A program made the translations under genes and the position numbers. A stretch of DNA of 64,000 nt from Chrysomallon squamiferum (lineage: Eukaryota > Animalia > Mollusca), in assembly GCA_012295275.1 (NCBI GenBank), contig CM022672.1, positions 24,552,001-24,616,000 of the forward strand, in the 5' to 3' direction. Positions 53,627 to 64,000 of the stretch are shown here, piece by piece. The first letter of the stretch is position 1. Every line of letters begins with the position of its first letter. The notes under the pieces were generated by a model that saw nothing but the letters and a program-made list of their open reading frames with translations, ran no database searches and was not told where the DNA came from.

Positions 53627-56600
53627 GTAATTACTTTATTTTTCTTATTTCTTTTGTCAGTTATTCCATGAGATAGATGGAACTAGCCCATATTAAAAAT
53701 AAATAACTATTTCAAATTTACAGAAGTTAGGGCCAATCTCATGTGAAGATTTTTCTTATAGACAGCTCACTGACCCTAGAAATGTATTTGGTAATCAAAC
53801 AGTGAATGCATTAACTTACTGGTTAGGCTTAATAGGTCATAGGAAAATTTCTTACCACCAATGTGCTATCTTCTTATTCTTTGTTCCTAACTGGTGACAA
53901 TAACCATTCTAGAAAGAAATCTGTTTAAGCTTTCATTAAACAGATGTATCCATATATTCTTAAATCTATTAATTATCTGAGTTAGACCTTGCTTTAAATA
54001 AATAATAATTTCTTTGCCAGATGTTTTTCCCTAGTTTTATTCTGATTTTTGTTTTGTTTGAATAGCCTGGCCAGTATCTTAACGATGGAAATTCAGGAAT
54101 AGTTTATGTTCACGTTGGCATTCAGTCTTTCTCCATTGAATGTAATTACTGGCTTGAAGAGAGAGCAATTTGGATATCATCAGGATGTATAGTAAGTAAT
54201 AAATTAATTTAAATCTTTACACCTTAAAATATCATCAGCTGACAATTTATGGATTTTGTGCTATAAGATTATTCTGATTCTTTGGTTACGATGTGTTAGG
54301 AATCATGTTCTTTTCATTCACATTTTATTTTTTATCTTGTACAGATGTATGTAGATGTATATCAATATTTTACCTTGAATTGAATCAAAACTGTTATAAT
54401 TCTTCTTTTTTTTTGTATAGTTATTTAGTTATTTTCAAAACATTAAAATAACAGTTTGGGGAAATTTATGAAGAGCACATGATCAAAATATAATTATTTT
54501 TTTTGATTCAGCCAGGTCCATTTACAACACAAACACATTTACACTGTTGGTGTGATCATCTGACAATTTTCTCTGGTGGCATTTTCATTGCACCTAATAC
54601 AGTGGATCCAATTGATGATGCCAAACTGTTCTTAACCTTTTTTAATAATCCTGTGGTTGTTACCCTCACAGCTGCTGTCTGGATAATCTATATCCTGTTA
54701 CTGCTTTGGGCAGAAAAAGCAGATAACAAAGATTTGAGAAGGGTAAATAATGAATTTGATAAGCAGATTGTTTTCAGGTTCTGTGTGTGTGTGTCCCTGT
54801 GTGGTGGAGAATAACTAGTAACTGTCTTATTGTATCAGCTTTATCCTGCCAATATGCAGTAAGGCTTTTCCAAGCTGATATCTTAAGACAGCAATCAGTT
54901 TTTCCGTGTCATTTTTACTATTTTTTTTTTTTTTTTTTTTTTTTTATTGATCTCTAAATGAAGTATTAAAATTAGGTTTATAAAATATTTGCTCATGATT
55001 TATTATTATCTTATGTTTGATTTTGTTTTTGTAATATTATTATCATTATATAACGATTTGTTAATTTAAAACATTATGGTTCATATAAAAAACAAATGCT
55101 GTTATTATAACAAGAATTTCTACAGTGTGTCAACCATCAAAAATTGGTTACTAATTAAAAATCTTCGTAGAAGAATTGAAGGCAAAAGTCACTTAATTGA
55201 ATATAATTAAAATTAGCTGAATCTTGATTTCAAATAATTAATATTTGAAATTTTTTATTTTAGAGAATGTTAATTATTTCACTTTTCATTTTCAAACATG
55301 ATACAACTGTATTTATTGTAATTAAGAACAACTTCATTGTTGTTTTTATTTTAGATTTTTAAAAATATTTATGGTTTTTTTTTAAAGTTTCTTCTGTTAT
55401 TTTGACAGACTGGTGTCACAGTTCTTGCTGACAACAACCTAAATGACAAGTATATCTACATGATCTGTGTGGTGACAGGATGGTGGCGTCATGCTGGTAC
55501 TTCATCAAGAGTTTTCATGTATCTCAATGGTACAAAAGGAAAATCTGCTCGACATGCACTTTTTGACCCAGAAAAAACTCTTTTCACTTCCGGTGCTGAG
55601 AACTGGTTTCTGCTCAAGACAAGTGGTTGCGTTGGAACTATCGGTTCTATTGTGATTTGGCATGATCACACTGGTGACAAACCATCTTGGTATGCCATTT
55701 TGTTGCCATCAAGAATTTGATTCTGCAAGGCTTATATAAGGAGAAAAAGATTATTGGATGTTATATAATAAAAATATTTTTATTACCCTCTCATAGAGGA
55801 TGAATACAGTTCCCATGTGTTATATTCTCAAAATATTATTTTAAACAAATTATACATAGAATAAAAAAGAATCTCTTTTAAAATCAGGTCATTAAAAACA
55901 GGTACTGGTGCCCGTAAGGCACAACTGACTGAATAAGTTGAAAATTGCTATCATTCCTCAACTTGGCACAGATATGCTACTGTCATTTGACACCCCCCCA
56001 TCAACACACTATCATATTTGAGGTTTGAAGTATGTCTTGTAATATCTCTTCACACAAGTCTTTTCATTCTAAACAAAATGCTGTTTTAACTATTGAAATC
56101 AAATTATATATTTTTAAATATGGGCTTAAATGCTATTGGTGTACCAGTAAATGAGATGTCAGCTTGCAATGAATTGAGGAAACTGTAAGCAGTATCTATG
56201 TGTTTAATGCTTGAAGTCTGTACATTTTCAAACTTCTGTGAATGAAATTGTGAAAGATATAAGCTGGCAAAAATTGGCATTTTCTCGAATCTGTGCTTTT
56301 TAATGTTTTTTACTAAAAATTTGGATTCATTATCAGCCACAACTTTTGCTGGAATAATGATAGAAACCTTTTTCTTTCTTTTTAATTAAAAAGATCAGTA
56401 ACATAGAAAAAAAAGTATTTCAGGTGGAAACAGAACCTATTGATAGAATATGTTTTCTCTCACTTATTTAAAATTGGACAGATTAGACCAAGTGGTAAAA
56501 TATAACTGTTTCGTTACATATTTTGAAATCTTTAATAAAACAAGTACATATAATATTTTTTTCATATTTAATAACTGATTTTGTATTACTTATTACAGTA

Positions 56601-59600
56601 AGAAAACAGATATAAAATATTAGAATGAATTTGATACTTCTAAAAGATATCATATCTGGAGTGTTGGTGATACATAAAAATAAACAGAGATGTTAAATAT
56701 CATTTGAAAGGAATTATCTTTCAGTAATGAATAACCAGTCTTGTCACATCATTCATATATTCAGTTAATCACATATGGTGTAGACAGTAACTTTAAATTA
56801 AAGTTTTCTTTTTAACCACTTACAGGTTTCTGAAGGAAGTACTTGTGAAAGATGTTCAGACAGATGAAATCTGGCACTGTGTTTTTGATGACTGGCTCAG
56901 TATTGATAGAGGGTTTGGAACTCTTACTGCTGAGGTTCCAGCCATTGAAGACCATGAATTTATCAGCAGGCGTTTCTATCAGTTTATGCAGGCCTCTACA
57001 AGAAACTTCCGTGATGGACATCTTTGGATCAGCATTTTCTTCAAGCCTGCTAAAAGCAAATTCACTCGTGTACAGAGGCTAACATGTGCCCTGTGTGTTC
57101 TTATAACAACAATGTTGACTAATATTATGTATCATGGTATTCCTACAACTGATCCTGAAGACCAGATAGATTATGGAGATTTTCACCTCTCACTTGTAGA
57201 CTTTGTTATTGGAATCCAGAGTGCTCTGCTGGTTTTTCCTATCAACATCATAATCATTGTTCTCTTTACAATAGTGGAACGAAGACCAGATATTGTACTA
57301 AAACATGAAGATGAAGACGAAGTTGATGAAAAAAATTATGAAAAACAAGCCAAGGAAAAAGAAATCATTGCTAAACAGGAAAATAAGAAATGCAGAGATT
57401 ACAGGTAATATTATGTCGTGTATTACATCCGCTGACATTTTCTTCTTTTTTTATTTGTTTTTTAACAAAAATTTGTGGATTGACAATGAATTTGGTGACA
57501 TATATTCATAATATTTTTGATTAAAAGCAGAACTTTTGTGTTGCATGAACATACTACAGCTTAAAGTTGAATACAAGAACACTAATGATAAGCAGTGCAA
57601 AAATTCAAATATCTTCATCTATCAAAAGTTAAAAAATTTATGATTGCAGAAATGCTTACAAATTATATCAGTTTTTCATGTTTTGTTGGTGTTTTTATTT
57701 TTGTAAATTTTTATTATTCATAATTTCTTTTACAGACTGCCCTGGTGTTACATCTATTTAGCATATTTTGTAGCAATAGGAACCTCCGTTGTCTGCTCTT
57801 ACTTTGTCATGTTATATGGCTTAAAGTATGGCTACAATAAAAGTATTTCATGGGTTATTTCTTTCTTCACATCATTCTTAGAGAATGCTTTCATTCTGCA
57901 ACCACTGAAAGTTTTTGGTGTGGCTATCCTTCTGACCATGTTATTTAAACAGACAGTGAAATATGACGTTGCAACAAAAAAAGTCATTGGTATAATTTTT
58001 TTTATTACTTTCTCTTATTTATTGCAAGAGTGAGAAAATATTTAGCAAATTAATAAATTCTTTATGTTCTGTACATTATTACATTTCTGAACATATTAAT
58101 TTACAAACAGCACTTTAAAATAACATGTAAATGATAGTGTATATATTGAGTAGTTTATTATTTTATAACTTTTTCAAACATTCTGTACCTGCTAATAAAT
58201 CATTTTAATTTTTTGTGTTTTATTTTATCTCTTTTGTTGTGCATAAGTTTATTATAACCAGTGTAATGTTGTATACATGTATTTTAAATATTCTGAGTCC
58301 ATTGAGTAGATATTATATTATATAACTTCAGTTACATACACTGTAACACATTAGCAATATTTTATAAATAATAAAATGCCATAATGAACGAAAAAATGGC
58401 CTTTCACACAAAGCACTGAAATTAACTATATAAAAAAAAAGTTATAATAATAATAAATACATTTTTGCTCATGTACTGGACATTGTTTATATGTGGAATA
58501 TAGTTTGGTAGATATTTTGTTGCTGTTAGTTATGATCTTATTTGTAATGATACTAAGCAGAGATGTGCATCAAGAATTTAGATCTGATGTGATGAACAAC
58601 CAATTATAAACTTGGAAATTTTATAAATTGATGATTCGTTTGGTTATTTGAGATGCATATTTTCTTTTTTTATAATTTTACATTTTATGAGAAAAATTAT
58701 TATTATTATTATTTGTTTTGTTTTTGTTTTTTGTTCAGAGGAAGAAGTAAAAACATTTGAGCAGAAAGGCAGACGAGATTCTATCTTCGTGCATAAACTG
58801 TTTGCACCGCCTATGTCAGAACGACTTTTGGAAAATATTCGCAAAAAAGTGTTGGTGGATCAAAAGACCTGGGACATCCTGATGGAAATTATTCTGTATT
58901 TTACTTTTGTTATTATTGTGTTACTTGTGGTTCTGGGTCACAGTGATGTAACTCTGTCATACAGGGTGACTAGAAGTGTTGAAGATATCTTCATCCATAC
59001 AAGTGGCGATACAAGTCAGAAATTTTATATGGTAAATTTTCATATTTTTCCAGTTGTAAATATTAATCATTTGTTTACAGATTTCACAGACTGTTAATAT
59101 TTTTGTTCTGGTTGTAAGTCCCTTTAAAAACAAATTAGAGAACATCTTTTGACATGCAGAAATGAACTGTTGAATTTTATATATCCAAGTTACTTTATAA
59201 TTTGTATTCTGTCTTTATTAATTTGCTTGTGGCTTTTTTATTTTATGTGTGTGTTTGTGCATGCAGGTAACAGATGCTGATTCCATGTGGCAGTATCTAA
59301 ATGACACATTTTTGGAAAATATTATGTTTGCAAATACTGCTTCTCATCTTGTTGGCAGGGTAAGGCTTCGGCAAGTGAGATTACGCAGAGGAGGTAACAA
59401 TTATCTCTGTATTTTTCAATTGTTCTCATACTAAGAACAGTATTGTTGCTTTATTTTGAAGATAGACAAAAGTTGTTATAAATAAAAAGAGACATGATTT
59501 CATTTGAACCTTTCAACATTTGAGATAAAAAAAAAAACAGGAAATTCTATTAAGAATATTAAGATCTGAAATAAATAATTTAAAATAGGAATATCAATGC

Positions 59601-61179
59601 TTTAATAGCAAATATTAATTACAAAAAACCCATTTAATCCATGTATTAATTTTGATTTGGAAAAAGAAAGAGAAAATTGTTTTAATATGAGTTTTTAATC
59701 ATAAAATTAAAGGAAAATAAGGAAAAATACATTGAGACAGTTATATATAATGGAAATTCATCCTAAACTACCAAATACATAGTATATACATATAAAATTC
59801 TAACTAAAAATACAGTTGGATAATTTTACTATCATCGAGTCAGATATTCAACATCTACTTTTTATTTCAGCAGTTTTCTATTTTCATTTCTTTCAGTTCC
59901 CTGTGTTACTTTGACTGAAATAAATCCCAGATTAAATTTCTCCATTTTGGACCTGGATCAAAGGGTAAACAATACCAGGAAATGTTATGGAATCTTTCGT
60001 TATGACTTTGATGACAGGGGAATATATGACAATGATTGGCAACCAATAAATTTTAGTCTAGATGGAGCATCATCTTTAATATGGACATACCAATCAAAAT
60101 TTAAACTTGGCCAGCTACCAATTAGAGCAAAAATGGAAACCTATCCAGGTGGAGGCTATGTTGTGGAATTACCAAGGAATCCTTTTGAAGGGCAAAAGGT
60201 TATAGAAGAAGTACGTAAAACTAAATGGATAGACAGGCGGACAAGAATGGTGTTTGTGGAATTCACTCTTTTCAACCCAAATGTACAGTTGTTTACTGTG
60301 GTTGTACTTATGTTTGAGTATTCAAACACAGGTTTTGTGTTTCCTTATCATCAGATGTACACAGCAAACTTCTATCATTACCAGAATGAGTTCGAAACAT
60401 TTGTTGCTGTTTGTGAAGCTCTCTTTGTTATATATTTACTTACTTTCACTTACATGGAAATCAAACGGTTTCGCAGTATGAAAACTAGGGAGTATTTCAA
60501 AGATACATGGAGCTATGTTGAAATTGCTATACTGGGTTTGTCATATGTAACTATAGGTCTATTTATCAATCGTCTTATTCTCTGTAATAACTTAATGGAT
60601 GTATTTGAAGATGAGGACTATGAAAAATTTGTTGGTTTCTACACAGCAGCATTTTTTGATGCTTTACTTACTTACGTATTTGGGTTGTTAGTTCTCTTAA
60701 CAATAATTAAATTCTTTAAACTTCTCCGTTTTAATGCCAGGTTGTCAATGCTTTCTGAGACACTAAGATCTGGAAGAGGAAAATTGACTGCCTTTTCTAT
60801 TGGACTACTTGGCTTTGTAATGGCATTTTCAATATTTGCCGTTCTTTGTTTTGGGAACATACTTGAAGGATACAAAAATTATCATTCAACACTTGTGACT
60901 TTATTTCTTTTTATACTTGGAGAGTCTGATTATTATGGTCTTTATGAAGCAGATTCTGTTCTTGGTCCTGTATTTTTCTTTTTATTTGCATTGACCTTTC
61001 AGTTTGTACTGGTGCAGTATTTTATCACTCTTCTTATGGAGTCATTCCATGCCACTCGTGTGAAGATTGCCTCTGTGGAAACAGAGGTTCATATGGTACA
61101 GTACTTGCTGAAAAGATTTCGCTTACTCATAATGACAGACCACCAGCCAAAACGACAGAGAATTTATCGAGTATTCTGA
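19884..61179 (+). CDS. Gene B: full-length polycystin-1-like (PKD1L/REJ family) receptor-channel, about 2977 aa, 39 coding exons
   Basis: 39 hand-assembled GT-AG exons sum to 8934 nt with every junction phase-compatible. Order: SP, F5/8C, EGF, CTL, F5/8C, EGF, CTL, F5/8C, WSC-like half, EGF, PKD/Ig-like, REJ, GAIN/GPS, TM1, PLAT, TM2-5, polycystin channel. A few splice sites have in-phase alternatives (38523/38532, 45662/45668, 48845/48857). Confidence 0.9.
20264..20595 (+). CDS. Gene B exon 2 (discoidin F5/8C domain 1, N-part)
   Basis: WCSSS...PYMTVEFSTSTRLVGVGIR; tttcag acceptor, aag|gtaaa donor. Confidence 0.8.
20607..20924 (+). repeat. ~310-bp intronic direct repeat, copy 1
   Basis: Near-identical to 23725-24027. 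Confidence 0.85.
21972..22128 (+). CDS. Gene B exon 3 (F5/8C domain 1, C-part)
   Basis: DFPGL...KHAFPYPVMTKKLRIF...TCLRIEFYKNC. Confidence 0.85.
22875..23009 (+). CDS. Gene B exon 4 (EGF-like domain 1)
   Basis: CKNNKAGCEQNCHDTPGSFFCSCRRGFELWRNGLNC; phase 1-1. Confidence 0.9.
23667..23708. repeat. (AC)n microsatellite
   Basis: Direct reading. Confidence 0.9.
23725..24027 (+). repeat. ~300-bp intronic direct repeat, copy 2
   Basis: Near-identical to 20607-20924. Confidence 0.85.
24080..24244 (+). CDS. Gene B exon 5 (C-type lectin 1, N-half)
   Basis: FEEAQAHCTRSGGFLTTIFSSHE...YYIG. Confidence 0.88.
26101..26274 (+). CDS. Gene B exon 6 (C-type lectin 1, C-half)
   Basis: WWIDGSDV...W...FSCR. 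Confidence 0.85.
26801..27021 (+). CDS. Gene B exon 7 (F5/8C domain 2)
   Basis: IKDFQITSS...YWSPQTNTNKYLK. Confidence 0.82.
27373..27498 (+). CDS. Gene B exon 8 (F5/8C domain 2)
   Basis: VTLNTENRITGVMVVG...IVKFYLTY; phase 0-0. Confidence 0.82.
28343..28478 (+). CDS. Gene B exon 9 (F5/8C domain 2, end)
   Basis: IFSVPP...PSFKATQISLKI...WDLTGRFT; cag|gtgaga donor. Confidence 0.75.
30025..30153 (+). CDS. Gene B exon 10 (EGF-like domain 2)
   Basis: [34 protein letters not shown]; phase 1-1. Confidence 0.9.
30980..31225 (+). CDS. Gene B exon 11 (C-type lectin 2, N-half)
   Basis: YYQFFPDRKDFTAATEHCAKQGGFLPSVH..E...WFLG. Confidence 0.88.
32108..33539. mobile_element. Non-autonomous TIR DNA transposon, possibly Sola2-like
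   Basis: 24-bp TIRs GGGTCATTCCATGTCAAATCACCC / GGGTGATTTGACACGGAATAACCC flanked by TATA on both sides; second subterminal inverted repeat 32134-32188 / 33428-33482. Superfamily is inferred only from GRG termini and the 4-bp TSD. Confidence 0.8.
33587..33784 (+). CDS. Gene B exon 12 (C-type lectin 2, C-half)
   Basis: AWQDDSWVDFTLF...KW...CVICQY; g|gtgagt donor. Confidence 0.85.
34257..34408 (+). CDS. Gene B exon 13 (F5/8C domain 3, start)
   Basis: CDRPIL...EGYVQ; open frame, phase 1-0. Confidence 0.75.
35915..36073 (+). CDS. Gene B exon 14 (F5/8C domain 3)
   Basis: ADFLVESIL...FNIEYSLDQFEDF; cag|gtaagt donor. Confidence 0.82.
37360..37513 (+). CDS. Gene B exon 15 (F5/8C domain 3, end)
   Basis: LAQPVTARFIRM...SIELFGC, the classic discoidin C-terminus. 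Confidence 0.88.
38257..38523 (+). CDS. Gene B exon 16 (WSC-like half domain + EGF 3)
   Basis: ECGKN..Y...C....C......CG....YV, then PCHNLPCNDGSVC...YECHC...NC. Confidence 0.85.
39153..39814 (+). CDS. Gene B exon 17 (PKD/Ig-like domain + REJ start)
   Basis: 662-nt open exon: HKVTYGGIFEV; YEWKV; LYVEKNNLRQGYFRICV. Confidence 0.85.
40206..40348 (+). CDS. Gene B exon 18 (REJ)
   Basis: LTLDASESIDPN REJ motif. Confidence 0.88.
40881..40996 (+). CDS. Gene B exon 19 (REJ)
   Basis: YRWYC..; phase 2-1. Confidence 0.82.
41539..41686 (+). CDS. Gene B exon 20 (REJ)
   Basis: VLNIPKGHL..NETYLITVEISK...PKLKL. Confidence 0.85.
41889..42136 (+). CDS. Gene B exon 21 (REJ)
   Basis: CHHNC...LSLTVECENC...FQWEL...TSTG. 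Confidence 0.88.
43023..43217 (+). CDS. Gene B exon 22 (REJ)
   Basis: PPSGGQCSISPKSGKALITQFVVLC...PLTY REJ motif. Confidence 0.9.
44204..44367 (+). CDS. Gene B exon 23 (REJ end)
   Basis: LLYHG...LAEG...LTVTVIDATGS...LTVQ. Confidence 0.85.
45222..45324 (+). CDS. Gene B exon 24
   Basis: Open frame VTHPQESED...; phases fit both neighbours. Confidence 0.7.
45574..45662 (+). CDS. Gene B exon 25
   Basis: FIRQAKNVVTML...; tttcag acceptor. Confidence 0.72.
46263..46325. repeat. (AAT)n microsatellite
   Basis: Direct reading. Confidence 0.9.
46647..46772 (+). CDS. Gene B exon 26 (helical GAIN-A-like region)
   Basis: IRREVLNDIL...LYQMADILADIT...STEMQ. Confidence 0.82.
47355..47443 (+). CDS. Gene B exon 27
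   Basis: TQTLSLSKKMLAHL...; acag acceptor, ga|gtaaga donor. Confidence 0.78.
48743..48857 (+). CDS. Gene B exon 28
   Basis: RQSATLFSILQFP...; supplies the phase 2-0 link required; splice sites are weaker. Confidence 0.6.
49652..50241 (-). mobile_element. Tc1/mariner-superfamily deletion derivative
   Basis: TA-flanked ~70-bp TIRs CAGGGTTTCCCAAAAGTAACCG / CGGTTACTTTTGGGACACGCTG. Minus-strand transposase C-terminus EWPARSPDLTPPDFFLWG...GRHFEH resembles DD41D (rosa-like) elements. Confidence 0.88.
50400..50663 (+). CDS. Gene B exon 29 (GAIN region)
   Basis: LFDKIGEAV...EEPINIKTP...PIDVQ. Confidence 0.85.
51799..51848. repeat. (AC)n microsatellite
   Basis: Direct reading. Confidence 0.9.
52101..52251 (+). 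CDS. Gene B exon 30 (GAIN region)
   Basis: KNPLVWMPSASNINLPVMKVTL; paralogous to 1-140. Confidence 0.87.
53013..53368 (+). CDS. Gene B exon 31 (GAIN region)
   Basis: Paralogous to 748-1103 (WPIRE...HKQDPYLLFLP). Confidence 0.9.
54066..54191 (+). CDS. Gene B exon 32 (GPS N-half)
   Basis: ECNYWLEERAIWISSGCI. Confidence 0.9.
54512..54742 (+). CDS. Gene B exon 33 (GPS cleavage motif + TM1)
   Basis: HCWCDHLTIFSGGIFIAPN. Confidence 0.92.
55409..55689 (+). CDS. Gene B exon 34 (PLAT)
   Basis: VVTGWWRHAGTSSRV...WHDHTGDKPSW. Confidence 0.92.
56826..57404 (+). CDS. Gene B exon 35 (PLAT end, TM2-TM3)
   Basis: HLWISIF...FTRVQRLTC. Confidence 0.92.
57736..57989 (+). CDS. Gene B exon 36 (TM4-TM5)
   Basis: LPWCYIYL...ILQPLKV. 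Confidence 0.92.
58739..59031 (+). CDS. Gene B exon 37 (TM6/S1)
   Basis: DILMEIILYFTFVIIVLLVVLG. Confidence 0.9.
59267..59393 (+). CDS. Gene B exon 38 (TOP domain start)
   Basis: MWQYLNDTFL...LVGRVRLRQVR. Confidence 0.92.
59897..61179 (+). CDS. Gene B last exon (TOP + polycystin channel)
   Basis: Paralog of 9575-10848; pore ILGESD...LGPVFFFLF; stop TGA ends at 61179. Confidence 0.95.
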
Positions 61180-62696
61180 AAATATACAGTTTCAACAAAA
61201 TGATTTTTTTTACATTCTGACTGGAAATATCTGAAACTATTATACAAAAAAATAAAATATCAATTAATTATTTTGGTAATAATCATGTAAAGACATGATG
61301 AATTAAAGGACAGTTTGCTGGTAGAATGCACATTATATATCTACGAAATAGAAAATTCAGTGTTTGTACATACAATCAAGTTTATTTTATCAAAATAGAT
61401 TTTCTAACAAATTATGTTCTGAAAAAAGAGTAGTTGTTTCCCTTTATTTATGGTTTGGTATATAAATTGCATTTAAAGACCAGTTAAAAAAAAAATATAT
61501 ATGTATCATATGAAATTTGAAATATGGAAGTGTATAAATATTATTTATTATATTTTGTTATTATTATTGTTTTTACAATGTTAATGTTTTATTAAATGTT
61601 CTTATTGTGGTGCAACTTACATGAAGCGAGAGACTCTTTATTGTATATATGTATGTTAAAAAGATCCTGTTAAATAATGGACAAAAATTTCAAAATATAT
61701 TACTTAAAATACACTAATATTTTCTCTGCATGTATTAATTACAATGCCTACTTTTCTCATATATTAGAAAGAGAAATTGAATTTCAGATATATTTAACTG
61801 TGCTTCTAATGTTCGTTCATTGTTCTATGTGCAAACTGTGTGAGACAATAAACTTGGGTTTATAAAAGGCTTTTGTATTCATTTTTTTTATTTTTTTTTT
61901 TTAAAGTATCAAGAAAACTAATGAAAAAAATAAATAATAATAAAAAACATTTGTTGTAATTACTAATGCAAGTATAGTTATCACTTCTGATAAACAAAAA
62001 CCCTTTTGTTATTCAACTGTATTATCCAGTAACTTGGTCACTGGAGTTACTTATAGCTGGTCTTGATTGCTGTTTGCTTTTTCCCAATCACTTGTTTTTT
62101 TACTATATACGTTATAAGTATGAAATGCTGGCAATCTATAGGTATCTTACTGCAGAAATCACTCTCACATTCCCACATGCACACACAAAAAACACATGAT
62201 GAAGTATGAGAAAAGAACCTGCAGCCTTTATTTCATTATCTACCTATTCAGTTAGAAAAATACATCCCCAAGACATGAAAGCACATACATTGATCTTTGA
62301 TAAACAAAAAAGTAACTTGATCTGCTTATAAATAAGAGATCCAACCTTACAGTTGTAAAGCATATCCCTTGTATGGTTTTGGGAAAATGTGACATCAAAA
62401 ATTGTATGTGGACTGGGAGTATTGCAGTCATTAGGCCTGTTTCGATGGCATTTCCTTACATGCATGTACATTAGTACTATAGGTATTTTGCTCAACCTAC
62501 TTTATTATTGTTGCTATTATTAGATTTATTTCGCAACGCCAGTGCAATCCATTTTTAGGAAAACAACAAGTCATATAATTTATACAGACCACAATTCTAT
62601 GGTAAGGTATTAATACTTATCTCTTGTTTTAGTTATTTATTTACCTAACTAATATGTGAATATCAGTTTTGCAATTCTAATGCTAATAATGATAAC

Positions 62697-62727
<31 letters not shown>

Positions 62728-63295
62728 GATGGCAACTAATGAACTATATATTTCGGTGAAGTTTTTTCATAATATAATCTACACCACTTATTATTTTTAT
62801 AATACAGTTATAATTTGTGGATCTGAATAATGTCTCATATCCATATTTCTGTATATACACATACAGATTCACATGTGACATACACATACCCAATTTATAG
62901 ACAGTTTACTAGTCACACAAGTAAGATAACATACCTTTACTACTTGCTGTATCTCATTTCTTTTTATTATTATTTTATTGGACCAGCAGCAAAACTACAA
63001 ATTGTTGCCGAATATTAAGTAAAATTTGTCCTGGCAGGGTGAAGACTTAAGCTACAACGTTCAAAAACTACGATATTGGAATTAATCTCATAATTATGCT
63101 TAAAATGTGTAATAAATAAATTATAGTGATTCACATTTCAGAATATTTTTGTGAAATGTGACCCATAAAAAAATTTAATATAAAGTAGTTTGACAGTATT
63201 AATCATTTCTTATAACTAGTAGTTTTATCTTTATTTTTGTTTCAGTAGAATGAATAGCATTTGGTTTGAAGAATTGTCTCTGATATATTCCAACT

Positions 63296-63399
<104 letters not shown>

Positions 63400-63833
63400 C
63401 CTGGAAGGACTGATTTAAAAAATAATGATAACAAAAATAACCTCCAGTTGTTGTAACTTAATAGGGTAAATATTTTTGAAATGACTAGTGAATATAGCAG
63501 AATAAAAATGATTTCCTTCCATACAGCCAGAAAAAAAAAAAAAAAATAATAATAATTTAAGAAATTCATCATTGTTGCATATATGATGTTTTATCTGAAA
63601 CAAAATGTTGTCTAATTATGCCTATTGCATTATATTTTCCATTAATGAATTGACAAATTAGGTACTGGCACTCGCATTGCTCAGTTGTCTGCAAAGCCTG
63701 AAAACTGCAGTCCTCAGCTTGACACAGATACATTAATGTTCAGAGGAACATGTTATGTGTACCACAATAAAGAATTATCATGTAGAAGTATGGACACAAT
63801 AAATTCAGATCCACAAATCATATGAATATTTTT

Positions 63834-63871
<38 letters not shown>

Positions 63872-64000
63872 AAAAAAAAAAAAAATCGTAAGAAAAAATT
63901 ATTACATGTATGTCTGAAAAAATTAAAGATCATAAATATGTTTGTGTTTCTTGTTTTATACAATGCACAGGCAATGCAGCATTGTTTCTGTACATAAATA

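Noticed and set aside
19884-61179. Assigning a vertebrate symbol such as PKD1L2 or PKDREJ
   Set aside because: Family membership is clear, but orthology cannot be established without a phylogeny and the ectodomain differs
62244-62520. Possible exon of a downstream gene
   Set aside because: Somewhat higher complexity, but no recognisable protein motif or convincing splice pair in frames I read

Overview
AT-rich, intron-containing, microsatellite-rich animal (invertebrate-type) genomic DNA, so the ORF track mostly shows exon fragments. The window holds two head-to-tail polycystin-1-like (PKD1L/REJ-type, 11-TM) receptor-channel genes on the + strand. Gene A (1-10848) is only the 3' part: 10 exons from GAIN/GPS through PLAT to the polycystin channel domain. 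Gene B (19884-61179) appears complete. I assembled 39 GT-AG coding exons by hand with mutually consistent phases (8934 nt, about 2977 aa). Its ectodomain is unusual: signal peptide-[discoidin F5/8C-EGF-C-type lectin]x2-F5/8C-half-WSC-like-EGF-PKD/Ig-like-REJ-GAIN/GPS. The paralogs share intron positions but have unalignable introns, a diverged GAIN region and patches of perfect nucleotide identity in TM/channel exons. Between them lies a Buster-type hAT transposon (14271-19082, 8-bp TSD) interrupted by a nested Academ-like element (15782-18774, 3-bp TSD). Introns carry an RTE LINE remnant with a nested Tigger-like MITE, a GGG...CCC TIR element, a Tc1/mariner deletion derivative and a local ~310-bp duplication. 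A speculative two-exon, minus-strand secreted-peptide (pseudo)gene lies at 13187-13686. All domain and family calls are by motif recognition, without database searches.
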